From an uncultured bacterium (GTDB taxonomy: Bacteria; Krumholzibacteriota; Krumholzibacteriia; Krumholzibacteriales; Krumholzibacteriaceae): a stretch of DNA of 64,000 bases. Shown here one piece after another: positions 38,982 through 48,113 of this stretch (its first letter is position 1; every line of letters begins with the position of its first letter). The notes under the pieces were generated by a model. The model ran no database searches. It saw nothing but the letters and a program-made list of their open reading frames with translations, and was not told the origin of the DNA. The stretch is from assembly GCA_963786935.1 (NCBI GenBank), contig CAWBAN010000001.1, forward strand, positions 1,472,001 through 1,536,000. Direction: 5' to 3'. Both the position numbers and the translations under genes were made by a program.

Positions 38982-39551
38982 TCACGAGCCCTTCGTGATC
39001 CGCTCGAGGTACTTGCCCGTTCTCGTGTCGATCCGGACCGTGTCACCGGCGTTCACGAAGAGCGGCACCTGCACCTTGGCGCCCGTTTCGAGCACGGCCC
39101 CCTTCATGAGGTTCGTCGTGCTGTCCCCCCGCACCCCCGGTTCCGATTCGGCCACGACGAGATCGATGAAGTTCGGGAGATCCAAGGTTATCGGCTTCTC
39201 GTCCATGAAGGCGATCGTGCACATGTTCCCTTCCTTGAGGAACTGCTTCTGATCCCCGAGGAACTCGGCGGGAACGAAGGTCTGCTCGTACGACTTGGTG
39301 TCCATGAAGTGGAGGCTGCCGTCCGTCTCGTAGAGGAACTGCATCTCGCGGCTCTCGAGGCGGATCGTCTCGATCTGGTCGGTCATGCGGAAGGTGCGCT
39401 CCATGACGCGCCCCGTTTTCGCGTTCTTGAGCTTCGTGCGCACCATCGCGCGCCAGTTGCCCGGCGAGACGTGCTGGTACTCGGAGATGATCCAGACCTC
39501 GTTTTCGATCTTGATCGCCATGCCTCTGCGAAATTCGGAAATCGAAGCCAT
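38982..39551 (-). CDS. efp: Elongation factor P (PGNW loop variant)
   Basis: HVSPGNWRAMVRTKLKN, MQFLY, PGVRGDS, LETGAKVQVPLFV, IDTRTG. Confidence 0.95.
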   Translation of the reverse strand: MASISEFRRGMAIKIENEVWIISEYQHVSPGNWRAMVRTKLKNAKTGRVMERTFRMTDQIETIRLESREMQFLYETDGSLHFMDTKSYEQTFVPAEFLGDQKQFLKEGNMCTIAFMDEKPITLDLPNFIDLVVAESEPGVRGDSTTNLMKGAVLETGAKVQVPLFVNAGDTVRIDTRTGKYLERITKGS

Positions 39552-39641
39552 GCCTCACTCCTGAAAACGTTGATTCACCCGCGGCGAGCGCTCCTGAATA
39601 TAATAAACGGCGCGACCGTCGCAAGGGGGAAAGCGGCGGCG

Positions 39642-40199
39642 CTACTCGGTCCGCGGCGCGGCCTTGATCAGCTCGAGATACTCCATCCGGGTCTTCGGAT
39701 CGGTCCGGAACGCCCCGAGCATGGCGCTCGTGATGATCCGGGCGTCGCGCTTGCGCACACCCCGCATCGCCATGCAGAGATGCGTCGCCTCGATCGTCAC
39801 CGCCACGCCGTACGGCTTCAGGTGATCCATGAGCGATTTGGCGATCTGGTTCGTGAGCCGCTCCTGCACCTGGAGCCGCCGCGCGAACACGTGCACGAGG
39901 CGCGGAATCTTCGATATGCCGATGATGCGCCCCTTCGGGATGTAGGCGACGTGGCATTCGCCGTAGAACGGGAGCAGATGGTGCTCACAGAGGCTGTAGA
40001 GGCTGATATCCTTGACGATCACCATCTCGTCATATTCTTCCTCGAACACCGATTCGCGGAAGAGCTCCTCGGGATCCTCCCGGTAGCCGCTCGTGAGAAA
40101 GCCGAGGGACTCCGCCACGCGCTCCGGCGTCCTGCGGAGCCCTTCGCGGTCGGGATTCTCGCCGAGCCCGGCGAGCAGCTTCCGGATCAGCTCTTCCAT
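39642..40199 (-). CDS. folE: GTP cyclohydrolase I
   Basis: REGLRRTPERV, SLCEHHLLPF, GISKIPR, RLQVQERLT, HLCMAMRGV. Confidence 0.97.
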   Translation of the reverse strand: MEELIRKLLAGLGENPDREGLRRTPERVAESLGFLTSGYREDPEELFRESVFEEEYDEMVIVKDISLYSLCEHHLLPFYGECHVAYIPKGRIIGISKIPRLVHVFARRLQVQERLTNQIAKSLMDHLKPYGVAVTIEATHLCMAMRGVRKRDARIITSAMLGAFRTDPKTRMEYLELIKAAPRTE

Positions 40200-40200
40200 G

Positions 40201-41493
40201 TCAGCACACCTTCTTCGGCTGCTTGAGGGTCATGACGATGACGGCGGCGACGATGCAGAGCACCGCCGCGATCATGAAGGGCGGCATCCATGCCGAGACA
40301 CCCTTCCCCTGCCCCATATCCTTGAATATGCCCGCGAGAATCGGTCCGACGATGCCGCCGACCCCGTACGCGGTGAACATGAAGCCGTAGTTCTGCCCGA
40401 TGTTCTTCGTGCCGAAACAGCCCGCCGTGCTGAGCGGGAAGAGGGCGAGCGTGCCGCCGAAGTTCGCGCCGACGATCGCGAAGAAGGCGCACAGGGCGAT
40501 GTAGCTGCCTCCGAGGAAGTAGAGCGCCGCCATGGCGACTCCCTGGATAATCGCCATGATCGTGATCGAGAGCTTCCAGCCGATGCCGTCGGCGATGATT
40601 CCCCACCCGATCCGCCCGAAACCGTTCGCGAGCGAGAAGAAAATCGCATACGCGGTCGCTGCCGCGGCGGCCGCGACCTTGGGATCGGCGTACTTCTCGA
40701 GCCCGGAGCCCGCGAGCGCGTCCCCGCCGAAGAGCTTTGCGATCCCGATCACCATGAGCCCCGCGAGCGCGCAGCATGCGTAGGAGATCCAGATCAGGAA
40801 GCACTGCGGCGTTTTGAGCATCTCGCCGGTGCACATCTCGGCCGGAGGCGCGGCCGGTTTCTTGCCCTTCTTGGTCTGCGCGGGATCCCATCCCGCGGGG
40901 CGCCAGCCTTCCGGCGGATAGACCATGAATATCGAGCCGAGCGAAACGAGCGCGGCGAAGGCGACACCGTAATACAGGAAGGTGCGCAGGATGCCGATCG
41001 TATCGAGGAGGTGCCCCCACGCGCCGGCGAGCTGCACCCAGAGGAGCGCGCCGAAGCCGAATCCGGCCACTGCGATGCCCGTGATGAGCCCCTTCTTGTC
41101 GGGGAACCACCGCATGCCGACCGCGATCGGGCACACGTAGGCGAGGCCGATGCCGGCGCCGCCGAGCACGCCGATGAACACGAGCAGGGTCGCGAAGGAA
41201 TTGCCCATGAGCCCGGCGAGAATATAGCCGAGGCCGAGGATGATACCTCCCATGAGGGCCACCCGCCGGGGCCCGATCTTCGCCTGGAGCTTGCCGGCGA
41301 AGGGCATGAGCGCGGCGAACATGCCGAGGCCGACCGAGAAGATGATCTGCGTCTGCGTCGCCGTGAAATTGAACGGATCCTTCTTGAGAACGGTCGTGAA
41401 AACGCTCCACGCGTAGATCGCTCCGAGACAGAGCTGAATGAGGATCGCGCCCACGACGGCGAGCCAGCGGTTCATGACCTTGCCATTCGCCAT
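40201..41493 (-). CDS. OFA family (oxalate/formate antiporter-like) MFS transporter
   Basis: LGAIYAWSVF, WFPDKKGLITG..V.GFG.G, FGTKNIGQNYG. Confidence 0.9.
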   Translation of the reverse strand: MANGKVMNRWLAVVGAILIQLCLGAIYAWSVFTTVLKKDPFNFTATQTQIIFSVGLGMFAALMPFAGKLQAKIGPRRVALMGGIILGLGYILAGLMGNSFATLLVFIGVLGGAGIGLAYVCPIAVGMRWFPDKKGLITGIAVAGFGFGALLWVQLAGAWGHLLDTIGILRTFLYYGVAFAALVSLGSIFMVYPPEGWRPAGWDPAQTKKGKKPAAPPAEMCTGEMLKTPQCFLIWISYACCALAGLMVIGIAKLFGGDALAGSGLEKYADPKVAAAAAATAYAIFFSLANGFGRIGWGIIADGIGWKLSITIMAIIQGVAMAALYFLGGSYIALCAFFAIVGANFGGTLALFPLSTAGCFGTKNIGQNYGFMFTAYGVGGIVGPILAGIFKDMGQGKGVSAWMPPFMIAAVLCIVAAVIVMTLKQPKKVC

Positions 41494-41523
41494 TTCGGAC
41501 CTCCGGTTGATGAATTTCTCCCT

Positions 41524-41552
41524 GCAATACCACCCCCGCCCGCCTTTGTCAA
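41524..41552 (-). promoter_or_regulatory. Sigma70-type promoter TTGACA-N17-TATTGC for the OFA-folE genes
   Basis: Consensus -35, 17-nt spacer, TGn extended -10. Confidence 0.55.
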
Positions 41553-41611
41553 ATGCAATTTACTGCGGGAGTTCCGCGCGCGGCGGGCGCCGCCCCCCGG
41601 GGCGTTTTCCC

Positions 41612-41640
41612 TTGAATGCGCACAATATATCGAATATATT
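41612..41640 (+). promoter_or_regulatory. glnA promoter TTGAAT-N17-TATATT overlapped by AATATAT-CGA-ATATATT inverted repeat
   Basis: 7-3-7 inverted repeat at 41624-41640. Confidence 0.55.
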
Positions 41641-41706
41641 CAGAGCCGATACTTCCAAAGAACGCTCTGGAGACGGCGCGCCGCGCGCCTCACGGGGAGG
41701 TTGACC

Positions 41707-43116
41707 ATTTTTTCGTCATTAGCGAGCCTTCGAACCGCCATCAAAAAACACGGCATCAAACAAATCGATTTCAAGTTCACCGATCTCTTCGGACGCTGGC
41801 ATCACATCACGGTGCCCCCCTCCCGGGTGAACGAGAAACTCTTCACGAACGGCATCGGCTTCGACGGCTCCAATTTCGCGGGGATGTCCGCCGTGGAATG
41901 CGGGGACCTCTCGCTCGTGCCCGAGCTCGCGACGGGGTACTTCGACCCGTTCCGCACGGAGCCCGCGATTTCGTTCATCTGCCGCATCGTCGAGGCCGAT
42001 TCCAAGAAGCCCTTCTCGCGCGATCCGCGCTCCATCGCGCTGGCCGCCGAGAGCTACCTCAAGAAAACGGGCATCGCCGACCGCTCGATGTGGGGGCCGG
42101 AGTTCGAGTACTACGTGTTTGACGAAGTGCGGGTCAAGAACTCGAACAAGACCTGCTCCGTCGAGATCGTTCCCGGCGAGGGGCTGCGTAAGGAGAAGTT
42201 CGGGCTCTGGACCTTTTCCGGCTACCACGGGCTGCCCCCCGAGGACGCCACCGTCGACATCCGCGACCAGACGGTCACGCTCCTCGAAGCGGTCGGGATC
42301 AAGACGCTCTACCATCACCACGAGGTCGGCGGCCACGGCCAGGTCGAGATCGAGGTCGACTTCGGCCCGCTCGCGCGCATGGGGGACATCTCGATGATGG
42401 TGAAGCATTTCGCCCGCATGGTCGCGCACCGTCACGGAAAGACGGCGACCTTCATGCCGAAGCCGCTCTACAACGAGCCGGGCACGGGGATGCATTTCCA
42501 CCAGTTCCTCCTCAAGAAGGGCACGAACGTGTTCTACCGCAAGGGGGGCTACGCCGACCTGAGCCCGCTCGCCCTCCACTATATCGCGGGGCTTCTCAAG
42601 CACGCGCCGTCGCTTCTGGCGTTCACGAATCCGAGCACGAACTCGTACAAGCGCCTCGTGCCGGGCTTCGAGGCGCCGGTGAACTGCTTCTTCTCGCTCG
42701 CGAACCGCTCGGCGGCGATCCGCATTCCGAAGTACGCGACCGACCCGGGGCTCAAGCGGATGGAGTTCAGGCCGCCCGACGCGACGTGCAACACGTACAT
42801 CGCGATGGCCGCGCAGCTCATGGCGGGCATCGACGGAATCAGGAAAAAGCTCGATCCGGCGAAGGAAGGCTTCGGCCCGTTCGACGTCAACGTGTTCGAG
42901 ATGACGCCGAAGGAGCGGGAGAAGATCAAGCCGCTCCCGGGCTCGTTCGCGGACGCGCTCCGTGCGCTCGACAAGGACCACGAGTATCTTCTCGCGGGGG
43001 GCGTGTTCACCGAATCGATGGTCAGGGACTGGATACGCCTCAAGCGGGAGAAAGAGATCATGCCGGTGCGGAATCGCCCGCATCCGATCGAGATCCAGAT
43101 GTACCTCGACTGCTAG
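41707..43116 (+). CDS. glnA: Glutamine synthetase type I (start ATT 41707 or TTG 41701)
   Basis: IDFKFTDL, GFDGS, RDPR, GPEFE, HHEV, TFMPKP, GMHFH, NSYKRLVPGFEAP, NRSAAIRIP, EFRPPD. Confidence 0.96.
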   Translation: MFSSLASLRTAIKKHGIKQIDFKFTDLFGRWHHITVPPSRVNEKLFTNGIGFDGSNFAGMSAVECGDLSLVPELATGYFDPFRTEPAISFICRIVEADSKKPFSRDPRSIALAAESYLKKTGIADRSMWGPEFEYYVFDEVRVKNSNKTCSVEIVPGEGLRKEKFGLWTFSGYHGLPPEDATVDIRDQTVTLLEAVGIKTLYHHHEVGGHGQVEIEVDFGPLARMGDISMMVKHFARMVAHRHGKTATFMPKPLYNEPGTGMHFHQFLLKKGTNVFYRKGGYADLSPLALHYIAGLLKHAPSLLAFTNPSTNSYKRLVPGFEAPVNCFFSLANRSAAIRIPKYATDPGLKRMEFRPPDATCNTYIAMAAQLMAGIDGIRKKLDPAKEGFGPFDVNVFEMTPKEREKIKPLPGSFADALRALDKDHEYLLAGGVFTESMVRDWIRLKREKEIMPVRNRPHPIEIQMYLDC

Positions 43117-43140
43117 CGCGCGCAAGGACGGTACCCTTCG

Positions 43141-45051
43141 ATGGTTGAGATGAAGAGAATCGAAGAGGCGACTGCGGAGGACTACGCGGCGCTCGGCATG
43201 AAGTCGGGGCTCGAGATCCACCAGCAGCTCGCCACGACGAAGAAGCTCTTCTGCCGCTGCCCCGTCGTCCGCCCCTACTCCGAGGAGTTCAACGCGGAGA
43301 TCCTGCGCCATATGCGCCCGACCCTCTCCGAGCTCGGCGAGTACGACGGCACGGCGCTCATGGAGTTCAAGACGAAGAAAGAGATCATCTACCAGATCCG
43401 CCAGGACACGGTCTGCACGTACGAGATGGACGACACGCCCCCCTTCGAGCTCAACCAGCAGGCGCTCGACATCGCGCTCGAGGTGACGATGCTCCTCAAC
43501 TGCAACCTCGTGAGCGAGGTGCACATCGCGCGCAAGCAGTACCTCGACGGATCGATCCCGACCGGTTTCCAGCGCACGACGATCCTCGGCGTCGACGGCT
43601 GGATACCCTATAAGGGAAAGCGTCTCGGCATCATCCAGCTCGGCCTCGAGGAGGACGCGTGCCGCGAGGTGTCGGACGTCGGCCACCTGCGGACGTACCG
43701 CACCGACCGGCTCGGCATCCCGCTCATCGAGACGGTCACCTACCCCGAGATGAAGACGCCGCGGGAGGTCGCCGAGGTCGCGCAGTTGCTGCGCCGCCTC
43801 GTGCGCTCGACCGGCAAGGTGCACACGGGGATCGGCGCCGCGCGCCAGGACGTGAACGTTTCGATCGAGGGAGGGCGGCGCGTCGAGATCAAGGGGGTCT
43901 CGCGGATTCCGCTCATTCCGCTCCTCGTGCACAACGAGGCGTACCGGCAGGCGGCGCTCCTCGACATCAAGCGCGAGCTCGCCCGCCGGGGCGTCACCGC
44001 CGATTCGTTCAAAGCCGACGTCTACAACGTCGGCGAGCTCGTCGCGGGGACGCAGTACTACCCGCTCGCGAAGGCGCTCAGCAAGAGCCTCGAGGTGCGG
44101 GCGGTGGCGCTTCGCGGCTACCGCGGCATCCTCGCGACGAAGACGCAGCCCGAGACGACCTTCGCGAAGGAGATATCCGACCGCGTCCGCGTCATCGCGT
44201 GCCTCGACCGGCTCCCGAACATCGCCCACTCCGACATGGAGGGGGAAACGCTCTCGAGCTCCGAGTGGACGAAGATCAAGAAGCTCGCGCGGATGGGGGA
44301 CAAGGACGTGATCATCGTCGTGTGGGGCGGCGCGCGGGACGTCGAGACCGGCGCGAAGGAGATCGTCATCCGCGCGCGCGAGGCGCTCGACGGCGTTCCG
44401 AACGAGACGCGCCAGGCGCTCCCCGACGGGACGCACGGGTTCGAACGGATCCTCCCCGGCGCGGACCGCATGTACCCCGACACCGATCTTCCGCCGCTCG
44501 CGATCACGGAAGACCGCATTCAGAGAATCAAATCGATCGTGGCGGAGCGCCCCTGGGACATCGTCGAGCGCTACGCCGCGATGGGAATGCCCGTCGAGAT
44601 GGCGGAGCGGCTCCGCGATGCGGGCGACCGGCGCCTCTTCGAGCGGGCCGTTCGCGAAACGGGCTATCCGCCGAAGTTCCTCGCCGCGTTCTTCACGAAC
44701 AGGGTGAGAATGCTCCGGCGCCGCGGGAAGATCGCGGCGTCGTGCGAGGAGCCGATTCTCGCGGCGCTGAAGGCCGCCGCCGCGCGCGAGGTGCCCGCCG
44801 AGAATCTCGACGCGCTCGTCGAGAAGCTCTGCGCCGGCGCGGGGGACGCGGGCGCCGCGATCGACGCGCTCGGGCTCGAGAGCCCGAAGAAGGCCGAGGC
44901 GAAGATCTCCTCGTTCCTGAAGACCGTCGAGCCGCCGTCGATCGCCAAGGACAAGCTCAAGCGCCACGTCATGGGGCTCGTCATGCACAAGTACCGGGGA
45001 ACGTTCCCGGGCAAAAGGATTTCCGATCTCGTCGACGCGTTCATCGCGTGA
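43141..45051 (+). CDS. gatE: Glu-tRNA(Gln) amidotransferase subunit E (archaeal type)
   Basis: GLEIHQQL, KLFCRCP, RPTLSELGEYD, DGSIPTGFQRT, LEEDACR, DRLGIPLIE, RQDVNVSI, RVEIKGV, AspRS-like insertion, GVPNETR, PGADRMYPDTDLP. Confidence 0.92.
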   Translation: MVEMKRIEEATAEDYAALGMKSGLEIHQQLATTKKLFCRCPVVRPYSEEFNAEILRHMRPTLSELGEYDGTALMEFKTKKEIIYQIRQDTVCTYEMDDTPPFELNQQALDIALEVTMLLNCNLVSEVHIARKQYLDGSIPTGFQRTTILGVDGWIPYKGKRLGIIQLGLEEDACREVSDVGHLRTYRTDRLGIPLIETVTYPEMKTPREVAEVAQLLRRLVRSTGKVHTGIGAARQDVNVSIEGGRRVEIKGVSRIPLIPLLVHNEAYRQAALLDIKRELARRGVTADSFKADVYNVGELVAGTQYYPLAKALSKSLEVRAVALRGYRGILATKTQPETTFAKEISDRVRVIACLDRLPNIAHSDMEGETLSSSEWTKIKKLARMGDKDVIIVVWGGARDVETGAKEIVIRAREALDGVPNETRQALPDGTHGFERILPGADRMYPDTDLPPLAITEDRIQRIKSIVAERPWDIVERYAAMGMPVEMAERLRDAGDRRLFERAVRETGYPPKFLAAFFTNRVRMLRRRGKIAASCEEPILAALKAAAAREVPAENLDALVEKLCAGAGDAGAAIDALGLESPKKAEAKISSFLKTVEPPSIAKDKLKRHVMGLVMHKYRGTFPGKRISDLVDAFIA

Positions 45052-45058
45052 GGTTTAT

Positions 45059-46456
45059 ATGAGCTCGACCATACCGCAGGATTCGCACAAGGGATACAAA
45101 GGGGCGGCGCTCGACTGCATCAAGCGCTTTCAGGTGAGCGTCTGGAGCGACATCGAGGTCGAGTCGACGCGCGGGAATTTCACGGGAATCATTCTCCCCC
45201 GCTCCGAGACCGCCGACGACAAGCACATCGTTCTCAAGCTCCGGAACGGCTACAACGTCGGGCTCGCCGTGAGCACCATCACGGCGGTGAAGGAGCTCGG
45301 CCACAAGGAAGCGCACTATAAAATTCCCGAAAAACAGTTCCCCTACGATCCGGCGAAACCGATCGTGAAGATGCTCGGCACCGGGGGCACGATCGCCTCG
45401 CGCCTCGACTACCGGACCGGCGCCGTCATCCCGGCATTCTCGCCGGGGGAGCTCTATGGCTCGGTGCCGGAGCTCGCCGACATCTGCAACATCGAAACGG
45501 AGAAGCTCTACGGCGTCTTCAGCGAGAACATGGGGCCCGAGCAATGGATCGGGACAGCCAACGCGATCGGGCGCGAGATCGCGCGCGGGGTGGCGGGCAT
45601 CATCATCGGCCACGGCACCGACACGATGCACCACACGGCCGCCATCCTCTCGTTCATGGTGCAGGACTCCCCCGTTCCGATCATCATGGTCGGCTCGCAG
45701 CGCTCGAGCGACCGTCCCTCGAGCGACGCCGCGATCAACCTCATCAACGCGACGAGCTCGGCGGCGCACGGCGACATCGCCGAGGTCATGGTCTGCATGT
45801 TCGGCCCGACGAGCGACGACTATGGGCTCCTGCACCGCGGCACGCGCGTCCGCAAGATGCATTCGTCCTACCGTTCGACCTTCCGCACGATCGGCGACAT
45901 CCCGCTCGCCATGGTCGACCGCGAACGGTTCATTCATTTGCGGCAGGATTACAAGCGGCGCCGTACCGACCGGAACGTCACGATCAACACGGCGTTCGAC
46001 GACCGCGTCTCGATCGTCTATTATTACCCGAACATGAAACCCGACATCATCGATTCCCTCATCGACAACGGCTATAAAGGCATCGTCATCGCCGGCACCG
46101 GCCTCGGTCACGTCAACAAGCCGCTCTACCCGAGCCTCAAGAAGGCCTTCGACAAGGGGATCCACGTCTACATGACCGTGCAGACGCTCTGGGGCTACGT
46201 GCAGATGTACGTGTACGACACGGGGCGCGACATGATGGACCTCGGCGTCATCCCGGGCGCGAACCTGCTCCCCGAGGTCGGATACATGAAGCTCTGCTGG
46301 GCGCTCGGCCAGACGCACGACCGCGAAGAGGTGCGCAAGATCATGCTCACCCCCGTCGCCGGCGAGATCACGGAGCGCGAGCCGCACAACGGCTACCTCA
46401 TCTATCAGGGGGGCATCCCCGAGGTCGAGGAGTTCATCAGCAAGTACAAGAAATGA
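45059..46456 (+). CDS. gatD: Glu-tRNA(Gln) amidotransferase subunit D (archaeal type)
   Basis: N-terminal domain IVLKLRNGYNVG; TGGTIASRLDYRTGAV, SENM, HGTDTM, SQRSSDRPSSD, RKMHSS.R. Confidence 0.92.
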   Translation: MSSTIPQDSHKGYKGAALDCIKRFQVSVWSDIEVESTRGNFTGIILPRSETADDKHIVLKLRNGYNVGLAVSTITAVKELGHKEAHYKIPEKQFPYDPAKPIVKMLGTGGTIASRLDYRTGAVIPAFSPGELYGSVPELADICNIETEKLYGVFSENMGPEQWIGTANAIGREIARGVAGIIIGHGTDTMHHTAAILSFMVQDSPVPIIMVGSQRSSDRPSSDAAINLINATSSAAHGDIAEVMVCMFGPTSDDYGLLHRGTRVRKMHSSYRSTFRTIGDIPLAMVDRERFIHLRQDYKRRRTDRNVTINTAFDDRVSIVYYYPNMKPDIIDSLIDNGYKGIVIAGTGLGHVNKPLYPSLKKAFDKGIHVYMTVQTLWGYVQMYVYDTGRDMMDLGVIPGANLLPEVGYMKLCWALGQTHDREEVRKIMLTPVAGEITEREPHNGYLIYQGGIPEVEEFISKYKK

Positions 46457-46503
46457 CGCTTCGCCGCGCCGCGCCCGCTTCCCGGCGCCGCGCCAGGTGA
46501 CGA

Positions 46504-48093
46504 ATGGACAGGAAACCCTCCGTCGACCTCTCGAGCATCAAGGTCATCTCGGACAGCTTCTTCTATTCGGTCGCGCGCATCGCGATCCTCGTCCTGAAGC
46601 CGATCAAAGGGATCCTCCTCGGGAACCTTCTCGGTCCGCGGCTCTACGGCATTCTCAATATCCCGAATCCGTACATCCTCATCGCGAGCATGCTCTCGAA
46701 CATCGGCTTCAACACCTCGGTGCTGAAGCTCATGCCGGGATACCTCCAGGAGGGGCGTCCCGACCTCTCGCGCATGATCTACCGCTCCTCCGCGTTCCTC
46801 ACCGTGATGCTGAGCTCGCTGTGGGCGGCTCTGCTCCTCGTCTTCTCGCCGTGGATCGCCGAGCACCTCGCGCACGAGCCGGCGGCGCTGAATCCGATCC
46901 GGCTCTACGCGCTCGCCATCCCCTTCCTCGCCGTGAACACGTTTTTCGCGTCGGTGTACCTCGCCGTGCAGCGCGGAAAGCTCGGCGCGGCGATCACCTT
47001 CATCTACGGGCTTCTGAACACGCTGCTCCCCGTGGCCGCCGTCCTCTGGCAGCGCAACGTGACGCTCATCGTCGGCTCGATGCTCGCGGCGGAGGTCGTC
47101 GCGGCGGCGATCTTCACCTTCTGCTTCCACCGGGAGGTGCTGAGCGGTTTCGGGAAGACGGTCGGGCCGCTCGTGCGCGGCATGCGGGAGACGGTGAGCT
47201 TCGGGCTCCTCTTCTTCGTCGCGGGGCTCGGGTGGAACCTCATCAACTCCGTCGATCGCATCATGATCAAGTTCTACCTCCCCGCGGAGCAGCTCGGCTT
47301 CTACTCGATGGGGGCGCAGGTCGTCACGATCCTCAACGTCGTCGCCTCGACTCTCGGCTTCGCGCTCGTGCCGTCCCTCACCGCCGCGAACGACACGGGG
47401 GATCGCGCGGCGTTCCGGAAGCTCATCCACAACGCGGCGCGATTCGGATTCATCGTGCTCATGCCGGTCACGATGGTCGTCTTCGAGCTCTCGAAGGACT
47501 TCTTCTCGATCCTCGTCCCGCGCTTCGGCCCCTCCATCCTGATCGTCCAGATCGTCGCGGCGATCACCTTCATCGATCTCTTCTGCCGGATCGGCTGGGC
47601 CGCGCTCGTCGCGCACGGGCGGGGCGGGCTCTCGGCGATCGCCTACGTCGCCGCGGCCGCGGTCAACGTCGGACTGAACGCGATGCTCATCCCGCGCTAC
47701 GGGATCGTCGGCGCGGCCGCCGCGGTGCTCGCCACGTTCATTATCCTCGCCGCGATCATCCTCGTCATGGCGCGGCGCGTCACGGGGGGGAACATCGGCC
47801 TCATGGTGTGGCTCCATCCGCTCCTCCTCGCGATCGTGTACCTGCTCCTCGGCCGGCTCACCGCCGGGACGAACGAGTTTCTGCGCATCGCGATCGTCGC
47901 CCTCGGCGGGACGGCGCTCTATATCGCGGGCGCGTTCACGACCCGTCTCGTGAGCGCGGAGGATCTCGCGCGGATCCGCGCCATGCTGCTCCCGCGCGCC
48001 GCCGCGCCCCACGTGCGGCTCGCGCTCGCCACGCTCGGCGCCGCGGAGCGGATCAACGACGTTTTGAATTCGAAACGGACCGGAAACCCTTAA
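46504..48093 (+). CDS. MOP superfamily flippase (Wzx-like)
   Basis: About 14 TM segments; LLGPRLYG, DRIMI...LGFYS, LIPRYGIVGAA. Confidence 0.85.
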   Translation: MDRKPSVDLSSIKVISDSFFYSVARIAILVLKPIKGILLGNLLGPRLYGILNIPNPYILIASMLSNIGFNTSVLKLMPGYLQEGRPDLSRMIYRSSAFLTVMLSSLWAALLLVFSPWIAEHLAHEPAALNPIRLYALAIPFLAVNTFFASVYLAVQRGKLGAAITFIYGLLNTLLPVAAVLWQRNVTLIVGSMLAAEVVAAAIFTFCFHREVLSGFGKTVGPLVRGMRETVSFGLLFFVAGLGWNLINSVDRIMIKFYLPAEQLGFYSMGAQVVTILNVVASTLGFALVPSLTAANDTGDRAAFRKLIHNAARFGFIVLMPVTMVVFELSKDFFSILVPRFGPSILIVQIVAAITFIDLFCRIGWAALVAHGRGGLSAIAYVAAAAVNVGLNAMLIPRYGIVGAAAAVLATFIILAAIILVMARRVTGGNIGLMVWLHPLLLAIVYLLLGRLTAGTNEFLRIAIVALGGTALYIAGAFTTRLVSAEDLARIRAMLLPRAAAPHVRLALATLGAAERINDVLNSKRTGNP

Positions 48094-48113
48094 CAGCGGA
48101 GGTGTCACACCGC

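Noticed and set aside
41719..44988. 1089-aa antisense ORF, and similar long overlapping ORFs such as 5127-7271, 56344-58647 and 61935-63815
   Set aside because: Shadow ORFs of high-GC genes with Arg/Ala/Pro-rich composition and no recognisable motifs
45059..46456. Plain L-asparaginase I
   Set aside because: It has the GatD-specific N-terminal domain and DYRTGAV/SSDRPSSD motifs, and is adjacent to gatE
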